Below are positions 18,886-30,100 of a stretch of 64,000 nucleotides of DNA, in pieces. The notes beneath the pieces are model-generated. The model saw nothing but the letters and a program-made list of their open reading frames with translations. It did not search any database and was not told the DNA's origin. How positions within the stretch are numbered: the first letter of the stretch is position 1; each line of letters opens with the position of its first letter. The stretch comes from an uncultured Methanosarcinales archaeon (GTDB lineage Archaea; Nanobdellota; Nanobdellia; Woesearchaeales; CAZOXR01), in NCBI GenBank assembly GCA_964566535.1, contig CAZMIO010000002.1, forward strand, positions 136,905 through 200,904, read 5' to 3'. Made by a program: the position numbers and the translations under genes.

Positions 18886-21800
18886 ATGTTTGATGACCAA
18901 AAAGATGATGATGATGAAATTTCTTTAGACTTTAGTAAGATTTCCAACTTCTTCAAAGGGAAGAAGAAAGAGAATAAAGAAACAACTACTCATAAATCCA
19001 AGGAAGAAGAAATAAACAAACTTTCGAGTGAAAACAAAGAAGATTTAGAAAGTTCCAAGACTTCTCAAAAAGAAACAGAACCTCAAAAAGAAGAAAATAT
19101 TCAGGAAATAAAAAAAGAACCAGAAATAAAAGAAGAACCAAAAGAAAAAGATCTATCAGATGATGAAGAAGAGGATGAAGTTTCTCTAGATTTCAGTAAG
19201 ATAACTAATATGTTCAAAGGGAAGAAGGAAGATGATAAAGAAGACGAAATAAAAAAAGAAGCTAAATCTGAAGCCGCAGAACAAAACCCAACTGAAGAAT
19301 CAGAGGAGGAAGAGATTAGTTTTGATTTTAGCAAGATAAAAAGTTTTTTTAAGAAAAAAGAAAAATCTGAAGACCAATCTGACCAAGAAGAGGATAGCGA
19401 AGAAGGCATATCATTAGATTACAAAAAAACATTTGGCTCTTTAAAAAAACATAAAAACATTCTGATTCCTTTGATTATAATCTTATTTGTTATGTCGTTA
19501 AGTATTCATCTAAGGATCCATTCTGCATACCTACCAGTAACTGATAACTGGGCCAGAGATAATGTCCATAATTTTATGAGGTCTCAAATAAGAGGGCAAA
19601 TAGACCAACAGTATCCTAATCTACCTGATAATAACAAAAATGCACTAGTTGAAAGCGAATTTCAAAAAGTACTCAAAGAACAAAAGGGCCAACTAGACCA
19701 ACAAATTACGGCTACATCTCAACATCTAAAATCTCAACTACAAAACGATAATGGTCAGACCTACTTAATAGCAATAGACCCATACTTCTGGATGAGACAA
19801 GCAAAGAATATTATAGACCATGGTTTCCCGGGAGATGAACTTAAAGACGGAATCCAATGGGACAATCACATGTTTGCCCCATTAGGAAGACCAAATCCCC
19901 CAGATGTATTCCATCCTTATTTTGAAGCATACGTTTATAACATTTGGAGCTTCTTCAATAAAGAAGTAGGAATAATGAAAGTTGCTTTTTTCATTCCAGT
20001 CATAATCGCAACACTCTCAGTAATTCCAGCATTTTTCATCGCTAGAAGGGTTGGTGGAAATTTCGGCGGGTTTATTGCAGGAACGTTTGTTGCAATAAGT
20101 CCTGCTTTCTTAAACAGAACAGTAGGGGGTTTCTCAGATACAGATGCATATAATGTCCTATTACCTCTTCTGGTAGCCTGGCTCTTCATAGAAGCTATTC
20201 AAACAGACAAACTAAAAAACTCAATAATTCTCGCCTCACTTTCAGGGCTAATAGTTGGAATTTTTAGCCTAGCATGGGGGGGATGGTGGTATGTTTTTGA
20301 TTTTGTACTAATAGCATACTTAGTTTACCTTGTCCACTCATTAATCACTAGTAATAAAAAAACCACCAATAGTAATTTAAAACGTCAATCAAGAAAAAAC
20401 ATCTTAATTATAGGCATTGTCCTTTTACTCTCATCTGCCATCTTTGTCAGTACATTTACAAGTTTTGATAGTTTCAAAAATGGATTCCTTTCCCCAATTG
20501 ACTTTACAAAGATCAAAGACGTTGCTGTGGATAGAATCTGGCCAAATGTACTTACAACTGTAGCTGAACAAAACGAAGCAGGAATAGATTCCTTAATATC
20601 CAATATTGGCGGTAAATTTTTATTCATCATAGCATTAATGGGGATCATTTTAGCCTTAACAAAAAAGGACTCTAAAAACATTAATGATCTTTGGTTCATA
20701 CTATTCTCTGCAATATGGTATACAGTAATAATTTTATCATTTACAAATCCAGAACTTATCACTTTTTTAATCCTATTATTGATCCCTATTGCTCTAAAGA
20801 TTATATTATCAACCATGAAAAAAGAAGTAAACGTAAATTTAATGGTAGCTTCCCTAATTACTGTATGGATCCTATCTACATTATATGCTGGAACAAAGGG
20901 TATCAGATGGGTCCTCCTTTTAGTTCCGGCATTTAGCATAGCAATGGGAATTGCATTAGGAGTATTATACAAATATCTCCATAATACAATCTCTAATGAA
21001 TTCAAAGTACACAAAATTTTATCCAAATTGGCTGTGATCATATTACTCTCCTTGCTCTTATTAGGCCCATGGAATGCAGCAAAATCAATTGCACAAAATT
21101 CAATACCTAGTATGAATGATGCATGGTATAACTCACTAGACAAAATAAATAGAGAGGGTGCTCCAGATGCAATTATAAACTCATGGTGGGATTTTGGTCA
21201 TTGGTTCAAAGCAATAGGTGATAGGGCAGTTACATTCGACGGCACCACCCAGGATACCCCTCAAGCACACTGGATCGGGAGAGTCCTCTTAACAGACGAT
21301 GAAGACACAGCCATTGGGATATTAAGAATGTTGGATTGTGGTGCCCACAAAGCATTTGATGAAGTAAACAATGATATCAAAGATACTGCAAAATCCACAG
21401 AAATATTATATCAAATTTTTGTTTTGGATAAAGAAGAAGCAAAAAACGTCCTCTTAAGCCATGATCTAGATGAAGAAGCAACCACAAACATTCTAGACTT
21501 TACTCACTGCGACCCTCCAGAGAACTACTTCATAACTTCAGAAGATATGGTCCAAAAATCAGGAGTATGGTCTCACTTTGGATCATGGGATTTTAACAAA
21601 GCTCAAATTTATAATACAATAAGCAAAAAAGAATACAAAGAAAATGAACAATCATCAATAGATTATTTATCAGATAGATTCAATTATTCTGAAAATGAAG
21701 CAAAAGACATTATCAATCAGGTAAACTCATTAACAAACAGCAAAGCAGTTAATGATTGGATTGCTCCTTGGCCAGGTTATGCTTCTGGAATTAACGGATG

Positions 21801-22428
21801 TCAAAAATTATCGGATGAAACATTTGCATGTAACATTGGTGGAGGTCAAGGACTTCTAAACACCACTACTATGGACTTCAGTATTGGTACACCGGAGGGA
21901 GTCAAGCATCCAGACTTCCTAATATACCCCACAGAAGAAGGTCTAGTTAAAAAAGAATATAACGATACAATTGGATTAGGCATGGTTGTAATGCCATCCG
22001 GAGACGGATTTGTAAACTTATTCATGTCCCCTCAATTAACAGGCAGCATGTTCACAAGACTATTCTTTATGGAAGGTCATGGTCTAAAACATTTTGAGAA
22101 ATTTAGTGATGAGCGAAGTGTTTTCGGAAGTAGAATTATCGTATGGAAGGTTGACTGGGAAGGCAAACAAGAAAATGTCCTTCCTCACTTCAACGAACCT
22201 GAAGAAGAACTGATTACTAAAGAAGTAATAGAAGATAAGAATGAAGATAACAAAACAACAGACGAAACGTTAGAAGAAAATAAATCAAACAAACAAACAA
22301 CAAATATACAGAATAATTCAGATAAAGAAGTAACAAACGAATCAGGAAACACCTCAGACAATCAAACAATTGATTCCAAAGATATAAAAACAGACAATAG
22401 TTCTACTTCTCCAAATGGAACAGGATAA
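18886..22428 (+). CDS. aglB: Oligosaccharyltransferase AglB (STT3 family) with acidic repeat N-terminal extension
   Basis: AIDPYFWMR, GFSDTD (DxD), TTVAE, about 13 TM helices, SWWDFGHW, and DMVQK as a DK-like motif. Confidence 0.93.
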   Translation: MFDDQKDDDDEISLDFSKISNFFKGKKKENKETTTHKSKEEEINKLSSENKEDLESSKTSQKETEPQKEENIQEIKKEPEIKEEPKEKDLSDDEEEDEVSLDFSKITNMFKGKKEDDKEDEIKKEAKSEAAEQNPTEESEEEEISFDFSKIKSFFKKKEKSEDQSDQEEDSEEGISLDYKKTFGSLKKHKNILIPLIIILFVMSLSIHLRIHSAYLPVTDNWARDNVHNFMRSQIRGQIDQQYPNLPDNNKNALVESEFQKVLKEQKGQLDQQITATSQHLKSQLQNDNGQTYLIAIDPYFWMRQAKNIIDHGFPGDELKDGIQWDNHMFAPLGRPNPPDVFHPYFEAYVYNIWSFFNKEVGIMKVAFFIPVIIATLSVIPAFFIARRVGGNFGGFIAGTFVAISPAFLNRTVGGFSDTDAYNVLLPLLVAWLFIEAIQTDKLKNSIILASLSGLIVGIFSLAWGGWWYVFDFVLIAYLVYLVHSLITSNKKTTNSNLKRQSRKNILIIGIVLLLSSAIFVSTFTSFDSFKNGFLSPIDFTKIKDVAVDRIWPNVLTTVAEQNEAGIDSLISNIGGKFLFIIALMGIILALTKKDSKNINDLWFILFSAIWYTVIILSFTNPELITFLILLLIPIALKIILSTMKKEVNVNLMVASLITVWILSTLYAGTKGIRWVLLLVPAFSIAMGIALGVLYKYLHNTISNEFKVHKILSKLAVIILLSLLLLGPWNAAKSIAQNSIPSMNDAWYNSLDKINREGAPDAIINSWWDFGHWFKAIGDRAVTFDGTTQDTPQAHWIGRVLLTDDEDTAIGILRMLDCGAHKAFDEVNNDIKDTAKSTEILYQIFVLDKEEAKNVLLSHDLDEEATTNILDFTHCDPPENYFITSEDMVQKSGVWSHFGSWDFNKAQIYNTISKKEYKENEQSSIDYLSDRFNYSENEAKDIINQVNSLTNSKAVNDWIAPWPGYASGINGCQKLSDETFACNIGGGQGLLNTTTMDFSIGTPEGVKHPDFLIYPTEEGLVKKEYNDTIGLGMVVMPSGDGFVNLFMSPQLTGSMFTRLFFMEGHGLKHFEKFSDERSVFGSRIIVWKVDWEGKQENVLPHFNEPEEELITKEVIEDKNEDNKTTDETLEENKSNKQTTNIQNNSDKEVTNESGNTSDNQTIDSKDIKTDNSSTSPNGTG

Positions 22429-23077
22429 TGTTTGGGCAGTAATCCCCGCTTATAACGAAGAAGAAAACATTATTAACGTAATAAAAGAGACTAAAAAATA
22501 TCTCAGTAACATCGTAGTCGTGGACGATGGATCAAAAGACCGCACATACGAAGTAGCTAAACAAGAAGGGATCATTGTACTAAAACACATTATCAATCTA
22601 GGAAAGGGTGCAGCTCTAAAGACAGGTTGTGATTTTACCCTAAAAAAAGAAGCAAATAAAATAATTGTTTTAGATTCAGATAACCAACACGAGCCTTCAG
22701 AAATACCTAACTTCTTAAACGAATTAAAAAATAAAGAAGTAATATTGGGCTACAGAAAAAGAAACAATGAAATGCCCTTCATCCTAAAACTGGGCAACTT
22801 CATAATAAACAGAATAACAAAATTATTATATAACGTAGAATTACATGACACTCAATGTGGTTATAGAGCATTCACATCTGATGCATATAAAAAAATCAGA
22901 TGGAAAGCCTCAGACTACAGTATGGAGTCTGAAATGATAGCAAACATTGGAAAAAATAAATTAAGTTATACCCAAATTCCGATAAAAACAATCTATGTAG
23001 ATAGATATAAGGGAACAACAATCATAGATGGAATAAAAATTGTATTAAACATGATTTGGTGGAAAATAACAAAATAA
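22415..23077 (+). CDS. GT2 glycosyltransferase (polyprenol-phosphate glycosyltransferase-like)
   Basis: VIPAYNEE, VVDDGSKD, NLGKGAA, LDSDNQH, DTQCGYRA. Confidence 0.93.
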   Translation: MEQDNVWAVIPAYNEEENIINVIKETKKYLSNIVVVDDGSKDRTYEVAKQEGIIVLKHIINLGKGAALKTGCDFTLKKEANKIIVLDSDNQHEPSEIPNFLNELKNKEVILGYRKRNNEMPFILKLGNFIINRITKLLYNVELHDTQCGYRAFTSDAYKKIRWKASDYSMESEMIANIGKNKLSYTQIPIKTIYVDRYKGTTIIDGIKIVLNMIWWKITK

Positions 23078-23078
23078 A

Positions 23079-23438
23079 ATGGCACAAGGAATTTTAGGGA
23101 TTCAGATTTTAGGAACATTATTTGGTATTTTTATGATCTATTACACCTTCCTCCACCATAAGAGGAAAGAATTAACAGCTAAGGAGTATCTATTCTGGGT
23201 TATTCTTTGGTCATTGTTCCTAATTTTAACATTATTCCCAAACCTGGTATCTCCATTCATAAAATCAATTGGCTTTGCAAGAACTCTAGACTTCTTCATT
23301 GTAGCAGGTTTCATGTTTTTAATTGGAAGTCTATTCTACATTTACTTATTAGTCAGAGGAAACCAAAAGAAAGTAGAGAACATTGTAAGAAAGATAGCAA
23401 TTGAAAAAAACGAAGAAAACAAAAATAATTTAAATTAA
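23079..23438 (+). CDS. DUF2304 family membrane protein
   Basis: Three TM helices, W...W, P......GF.R..D, C-terminal IVRKIAI. This family is commonly adjacent to GT2 genes. Confidence 0.8.
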   Translation: MAQGILGIQILGTLFGIFMIYYTFLHHKRKELTAKEYLFWVILWSLFLILTLFPNLVSPFIKSIGFARTLDFFIVAGFMFLIGSLFYIYLLVRGNQKKVENIVRKIAIEKNEENKNNLN

Positions 23439-23456
23439 CCTACTTAACTTTTCCTA

Positions 23457-24599
23457 ATGAAAATTTTATTTGTCTTAGAAAATTTCTACCCCCACATTGG
23501 CGGAGTAGAAACTGTATTTGAAAATCTTGCTAAAGGATTGACCAAAGAGGGCCACAAAGTAACAGTTCTCACATCCTGGATAAATGGAACGCAAGGGATA
23601 GAAAAAAAAGATAACTATACAATCATAAGACATAGATGTCCTCAATTTCTAAGAAGATACTGGTTCTCATTCCTCGCAATCCCCAGAACAATTAGTCTAT
23701 CAAAAGATTACGACTTAATCCACACCACTACCTACAACGGAGCTCTCCCTGCAAAAATAGCTTCACTCTTCAACAAAAAACCCTCAATCATTACTGTCCA
23801 TGAAGTCCTTGGAAAAAACTGGAAAACCCTTTCAGGACTAAGCAGTTTATCTGCCAAACTCCATCAACTATTCGAAAAATTAATCATTGCCCTAAACTTC
23901 AATGTCTATGCATGCGTCTCAGATTCCACAAAAAAATCATTACTAAAATCTAACATCAAAGAACAAAAAGTAAAAGTTGTCTATAATGGAATTGATTATG
24001 ATTTCTTCAATCCAAAAAAATACAAAAATGAAAAAAATAAAATCAGAAAAAAACTAAATATAAAAGATAGTTTCATCTACACTTCTTATGGTCGTCCAGG
24101 AATAACAAAAGGTATTGAATATTTAGTAAAAGCCGTTCCCCAAATATCAAAAATCCTACCAAATTCAAAACTCTTACTTATCCTAAGCAAAAGCCCAGAA
24201 GATAGATACAATCACATAATCAACCTAATAAAAAAACTAAAGATAGAGAAGAACATAATCTTATTAGAACCTCAAAAAAGAGAAAACCTCCCAAAATACA
24301 TAATCTCTTCTGATTGTGTAGTAGTTCCTTCCATTACCGAGGGTTTTGGTTATACTGCAGCAGAAGCATGTGCTCTTGACATCCCAGTAATAACTTCAGA
24401 CACAACATCACTACCAGAAGTAGTTTCAGGCCAATACATTTTAATACCACCTAAGAATCCAGAAGCAATAGCTGGGGCAGTTATAGACATGCAAAAAGGA
24501 AAATTCAGTAAAAAACCTAAGAAATACTTCACCATCAAAGAAAATATTCAAAATTACTTAAAAATTTACAAAAAGTTGGTTGATGATGACAGATCATAA
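23457..24599 (+). CDS. GT4 glycosyltransferase
   Basis: FYPHIGGVE, VYNGID, KGIEYL, PSITEGFGYTAAEA (EX7E) motifs. Confidence 0.93.
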   Translation: MKILFVLENFYPHIGGVETVFENLAKGLTKEGHKVTVLTSWINGTQGIEKKDNYTIIRHRCPQFLRRYWFSFLAIPRTISLSKDYDLIHTTTYNGALPAKIASLFNKKPSIITVHEVLGKNWKTLSGLSSLSAKLHQLFEKLIIALNFNVYACVSDSTKKSLLKSNIKEQKVKVVYNGIDYDFFNPKKYKNEKNKIRKKLNIKDSFIYTSYGRPGITKGIEYLVKAVPQISKILPNSKLLLILSKSPEDRYNHIINLIKKLKIEKNIILLEPQKRENLPKYIISSDCVVVPSITEGFGYTAAEACALDIPVITSDTTSLPEVVSGQYILIPPKNPEAIAGAVIDMQKGKFSKKPKKYFTIKENIQNYLKIYKKLVDDDRS

Positions 24600-24951
24600 A
24601 ATAGTACAAAAAGTATGGGGTCATGAAGAGTGGATAGTCAACAGAGATTACTGCGGAAAAAAATTAGTTCTAAAAAAAGGTCATAGATGCTCAATCCATT
24701 TTCATAAAAACAAAGACGAAACCTTCTACATCCTTAAAGGCAGAGTTTTGATGGAAGTAAACGAAGAAAAGAAAGTAATGCTCCCTGGTCATTCAGTCTT
24801 AATAAATCCTAACACAAAACACCGCTTTACTGGCTTAGAAGACTCAGAAATTGTTGAATTCTCAACACATCACGAAGATGAGGACAGCTATAGGATTGAA
24901 CCAAGCGGAAAGGTTGATTTGAATTCTTTGAATATCTCTACTGACAAGTAA
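24580..24951 (+). CDS. Cupin-fold sugar isomerase-like protein (mannose-6-P isomerase/lyxose isomerase-like)
   Basis: KVWGHEEW, SIHFHKNKDETFY, HRF, EFST cupin metal ligands. Confidence 0.85.
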   Translation: MMMTDHKIVQKVWGHEEWIVNRDYCGKKLVLKKGHRCSIHFHKNKDETFYILKGRVLMEVNEEKKVMLPGHSVLINPNTKHRFTGLEDSEIVEFSTHHEDEDSYRIEPSGKVDLNSLNISTDK

Positions 24952-25038
24952 AAAATAAGAAAAGCTTTAAATAAGATAAACTCATTCCTTTTTTAAAGAT
25001 TATATTATAATTTCAGTAAATTTCATGGGGGGAAACAA

Positions 25039-27150
25039 ATGGTACAATACAAGGATAATGATGGAAATTCTAATCTACTTCAACCAATTAGAACGCTGGG
25101 CCTAGCTACAGCAGCTACAACTGCAGGCCTTATTTATCAACTTCTATCACCTCATGCTTTAGCTCAAGAAATACCTACACCTACTCCCTTACCAAACCCC
25201 GAAACAGGAGTAGACCTCTCAACAACTTTAGAAGGCCTTACTTCAAGTTATGAAAGGGTAAGAGAAAGAGCAAGAAACCTTAGAACAGAACTGGCTGAAG
25301 AAGCAGCATCAAAATTAGAAGTTGGTCCTTATGCAGGATTCTGGAACAATGCACATGTTGATGAAGATGGCAACGTTGCTGTTACAGTTGTACCTATTGA
25401 TGAGAAAGCAAGAGCAGATCCTGGTCCACAACACGTTGCGAACGGACCATCGACTTACATCGATATTGGAACTGGAACCACTAATACAAATTATGTAACA
25501 TCAGCATGGGACGATGCTCGTGGATCCCTTACATTAACCAAAACTCAAGATGATCAAAGAGTTAACGATATCGCCAAAGTTGCTGAAGCTTATGAAATAT
25601 TAACAGGTATAAAATGGGATGACCTTCAACCAGGCGATGAAGTAGTAATTTATCATTCAAGAAAAAATTACCAAGAAATGCAAGCTTCAACTGAGCTTTC
25701 ACCTGATCAAAAAGCTGCATCAACAGTAGTAAGAGATAACGCATTACAAGTTTTTCCTGCAATAAGAGAAGTATACCTTAGATCTCTAGTTGACCCAGAG
25801 GGCTCTCAAGCCCAATCAGTCGTTGATGCAGGAGAAAGAGAAAGAAGAACAAAACTTGCTTTATACGAAGCATCACCTGAACTAGCCGAATTAGTAGATG
25901 TGGTTGATGCTTATGGGGGAATCCTCAGTGATTCAAGCCAAGCAGTTAGAATTGGTGTTGACAATATTACAAGCCAAATAGCAAGTTTAGGTAGACAAGT
26001 TGCTGAAAAAGATAGACAATTAGGCGAAGCAAGTGATGCTAGTGATGAAGCCAGAAGAACAAAAGAAAGTTTAGACGAGATATTAGCAGTTGCAACTCAA
26101 AGAGCAGAAGATGCTGGAAAATTATCAGCTGACCTAGATGCTGCAAATAGAAATTTAGATTTTACTCGAAAACAACTTAGAACTACACTCTATGATTTAG
26201 GTGAAGCTGGACAAAGAGTTGAAGATTTAGAGATAGCAATTGCAGCTAAGAACCAAGCTTATGAAACAGAAAGAGCAGGTAGAGCAGACGACAAAACAGC
26301 CTACGATGCTGAAAAAGAAAGAATAGCTGAAGAACACGAAGCAGAACTCTTAGGATTAAACGGTACTCATGTTGATGAAGTTGCTGAATATCAAAAAGTT
26401 GCTAGAAGACTAATACTAAGCTTAGATGCTGCCTACACTGCACTAGGAGAAATTAAAGACGAAGGAGTAAAAGCCGATGCAGCATACAACTCACTTTTTG
26501 GGGATTATGTTTCACTCCAAATAAGAGCATTACAATTAGAAGATGAACGAGATGAAGCAGTAGCTAAAGCAGATGAAGAAGAAACAAGGCAAGCTTTAGA
26601 AATTGGAGTTAGACCAAGTTTAAATGCATTTGTAACAAACCAAGGATCAACTGGAATTGGTGGTGGTTTATCAGTTGCTAAAGGAGACCACTCTTCAATA
26701 GGCGGAAGAGTTTATAGGTTATTGCCTAATGACAGATCACATCCATTAATCCCAAATAACGCTCCAGGAGCAGATGGGGACGTCTCTAGAACAGACACTC
26801 TAACTCTAGATGGGACTGGTTACACTGGAACTTACCATAGATACTTTGGAGATGACCACGCTTGGGCATTCGGAGTAGAAGCAGGAGTTCTTGTTGGTGA
26901 TAGAACTACTGATACAGACTTCTCAGAACTGATCAGAGAAGGTAATTACACTGTTGATAACCTAAACGCAGGCACAGTAGAAAAAGACCCAGTATTAAGC
27001 AGAATTCTTGGAGCAGAGCTGCAAGGAAGAATAGGCGGAAAAACAAGCAACTGGGCAGCTAGTGTAGGAGTAAAAAGAGTTGGTGGAAGATGGGCTGGTA
27101 GCTTTGGAGTCAGTTACAGACCACAAAAAACAGTTCCAAAAAGTAGATAG
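25039..27150 (+). CDS. Secreted hypothetical protein with long coiled coil and C-terminal Gly/aromatic beta-strand-rich domain
   Basis: Signal peptide ending ALA-Q, Ala/Glu/Arg heptad-rich middle, and amphipathic strands at the C-terminus. SD-like GGGGGA upstream. Confidence 0.75.
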   Translation: MVQYKDNDGNSNLLQPIRTLGLATAATTAGLIYQLLSPHALAQEIPTPTPLPNPETGVDLSTTLEGLTSSYERVRERARNLRTELAEEAASKLEVGPYAGFWNNAHVDEDGNVAVTVVPIDEKARADPGPQHVANGPSTYIDIGTGTTNTNYVTSAWDDARGSLTLTKTQDDQRVNDIAKVAEAYEILTGIKWDDLQPGDEVVIYHSRKNYQEMQASTELSPDQKAASTVVRDNALQVFPAIREVYLRSLVDPEGSQAQSVVDAGERERRTKLALYEASPELAELVDVVDAYGGILSDSSQAVRIGVDNITSQIASLGRQVAEKDRQLGEASDASDEARRTKESLDEILAVATQRAEDAGKLSADLDAANRNLDFTRKQLRTTLYDLGEAGQRVEDLEIAIAAKNQAYETERAGRADDKTAYDAEKERIAEEHEAELLGLNGTHVDEVAEYQKVARRLILSLDAAYTALGEIKDEGVKADAAYNSLFGDYVSLQIRALQLEDERDEAVAKADEEETRQALEIGVRPSLNAFVTNQGSTGIGGGLSVAKGDHSSIGGRVYRLLPNDRSHPLIPNNAPGADGDVSRTDTLTLDGTGYTGTYHRYFGDDHAWAFGVEAGVLVGDRTTDTDFSELIREGNYTVDNLNAGTVEKDPVLSRILGAELQGRIGGKTSNWAASVGVKRVGGRWAGSFGVSYRPQKTVPKSR

Positions 27151-27159
27151 TAATCCAAA

Positions 27160-30100
27160 ATGAAAGTTAACAAACTATTAACAATATTACTCATAACAAT
27201 ACTAATTCTACCTACAATCTCAGCAGTTGTAACTATTGTAACAAGAACTGACGGCTTAACAACCCCAATAGATTACGGAGACCTGATCCAGTTCAAGATT
27301 AGCGGATCTACCGCTTTCAAACCAATGTACATCACAGGAACTGTACTTGATGAAAATGGAGACATCATAAAAGAATATTCTGAAACAACCCATAATTTTA
27401 ATTCAGCATTTAGATTAATAACAGTAATTCCCTCACAATACGGTCCAAGTGGAACTAAAACATTTGTCGGTACAATAAGAGATGAAAGAGGATTCAGCAA
27501 AACAGATACTTTAGAATTTGTAGTTAACGAAGCAGCTCCTGTCCTTGACCTAAATATTCCAGATCAAACACTAGAGGAAGACACTACAATCACATTCAAC
27601 CTTCTTGACTATTTCTCAGATCCAGACAGAGATGACTTAACATTCTCAATAGGTTCAATAAATGATATGACAGTGAGTATTGTTAATGATAAAAACTCAC
27701 CAGTCTATGGACAAGTCACAATCCAACCAGATTCTAACTGGAATGGTCAAAAAACAAATACATTCATGGCTTCAGACGGAACATTATCCACTCAAAGCAA
27801 CCTAGTAACAATAACCGTTACCCCAGTTAATGACCAACCCCAAGGATTTACAGTTGTAGAAGATACTGATGAAGACACTCCAATTACAATCACCTTGGAT
27901 ACTTTAGAAGTCGATGAAGAAGATACATTAACATGTTCAATCATTAGCATTTGGGGTGCAACTGAAACAGAAAATTGTGTTTGTGATGATGAAAATATTT
28001 GTACAGTTGAATTAACACCAAATCAAGACTCAACTGATAATGTTATAGCATTTTACCAACTTAATGATGGTCATGTTGACTCAAACTTCGATCGTATTTA
28101 CGTTACAATAAACGCGATCAATGATGCTCCTGTTGCTAATGACATTTCAGAAACTACTGATGAAGATACTTCAAAAGAATTCCACTTAGATTGTTCAGAT
28201 GTTGACCAGAATTCCCTTACTTACCATATTGTAACAGATCCAACCTCAGGCAGCATAATCAAAAGTGGAAAAAAGGTAACTTATACACCTAACCAAGACT
28301 ATAATGGAGACGACTCATTTACATATAAATGTAATGATGGTACAGTTGATAGTAATGAACCAACAGTAACCATTAACATCATCCCAGCAAACGATCCTCC
28401 AACAACAACTGATGACGAACTAATAGTTGATGAAGACTCAACAAGCAACATTATTAGAGTCTTACTAAATGACGATGATATCGATATTGTTGATGGAGAC
28501 GAAATCCACATAGAAGACTTTACTCAACCAGAGGATGGGACAGTCACAAGATATATGGACAACCTCTACTACACTCCAGATGGGGATTTTAATGATGAAG
28601 ACAGCTTTACTTATACTATCGATGACTTAGCTGGAGAGACAGCAACCGCAACAGTCACAGTTACTGTAAATGCAAAAAATGACCCGCCAGTTCCAGATGC
28701 ATTAGATGAAGAAGTTGATGAAGATGATTCTGTCGATATTACTTTAAGCTGTACAGATATTATTGATGGAGATACTGAATTTTCTTATTCAATTAAAAAT
28801 AATCCAGATAAAGGAACATTAAGCACAATTAGTGGCAGCTCAGTTACTTACACTCCAGATCCAAACTGGAATGGACTAGATACATTTACTTACGAATGTA
28901 ATGATGGCACAGTTGATAGCAGTAATGCAGCAACAGTTTCAATAACAATTAATGCTATTAATGATGCCCCAGTAGCTGCAGATGTTGATGGCACAACAAC
29001 AGATGAAGATGTGCCAGTTGACATAACTTTAAGTTGTACAGATCTTATTGATGGAGCTACTGAGTTTACTTACTCTATTGCAAACCAACCAGCAAAAGGA
29101 ACATTAAGCCTAGAAAATAATCTAGTTACATACATTCCAAATTATAATGAAAATGGAGCCGATCTTTTCACCTACAGATGTAATGATGGAATTGACAGCG
29201 AAAACGCAGCATCAGTACCAATAACAATTAACCCAATTAATGATGGCCCTACTGCTAACGATGACACAGCCACAACTGATGAAGACATACCAGTCAAAAT
29301 TGAAGTTTTAGCTAATGATGAAGATCCAGATATTATTAATGGAGATGTCCTGACAATTACCTCTGTAACAATCCCACGGTCTATTGAAGACTATTACTCA
29401 CACGGAAGCACAGTTTTAAGTGAAGACAGTAAATCCATAACCTTCACCCCTGGAGAAGACATCGATGATGATATGTATTTTGATTATGCCATCACAGACG
29501 GTAGTGGAGAAACAAGCACTGCTAGAGTTATTGTAACTGTCAATGCAATTAATGATGCTCCACATGCTAGAGATTTCGAAGAAGACGTAATTGAAGATAC
29601 TCCTAGAACATTTGCTATTACATGTGGAGACACTGATAGTTCTTTCACAAAAACAATCTTAGATGAAACAACACACGGAACTGCTATAAAGAACCAAGAT
29701 AATGGATTTTATACCTACACCCCTAATGAAAATTACTTTGGAACTGACTTCCTAACCTTCCAATGTTCAGATGACGAATTCAATAGTGAAGTAAAAACAG
29801 GAACATTCACTATTCAATCTGTAAATGACGCTCCAATTCTAACTGAAATAGGAAATCAACACGCAGAAGAAGGAGACTTAATTGAGTTTACATTAGATTA
29901 TGATGATGTTGACACTGAAGATACCCTAACTTGCTCAGCTGAGAACCTCCCAACAGGATCTAGCTTCGATGAATCGGCATGTACATTCACATGGCAAACA
30001 GGATTCGGGGATGAAGGAACTTATGAAGATGTAACATTTACAATTACTGACAATGGAGATCCAATAAGCTCAGACAATGAGGCTATTACAATAACTGTAG

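Noticed and set aside
20385..21143. 252-aa minus-strand ORF and similar long antisense ORFs (33792-34430, 60933-61424, 35514-35939)
   Set aside because: They lie wholly antisense to well-supported genes, show no motifs, and are explained by codon bias.
25560..25655. LysM-like motif (DDLQPGDEVVI) in the 703-aa protein
   Set aside because: Only the C-terminal half of the pattern is present, which is insufficient to call.
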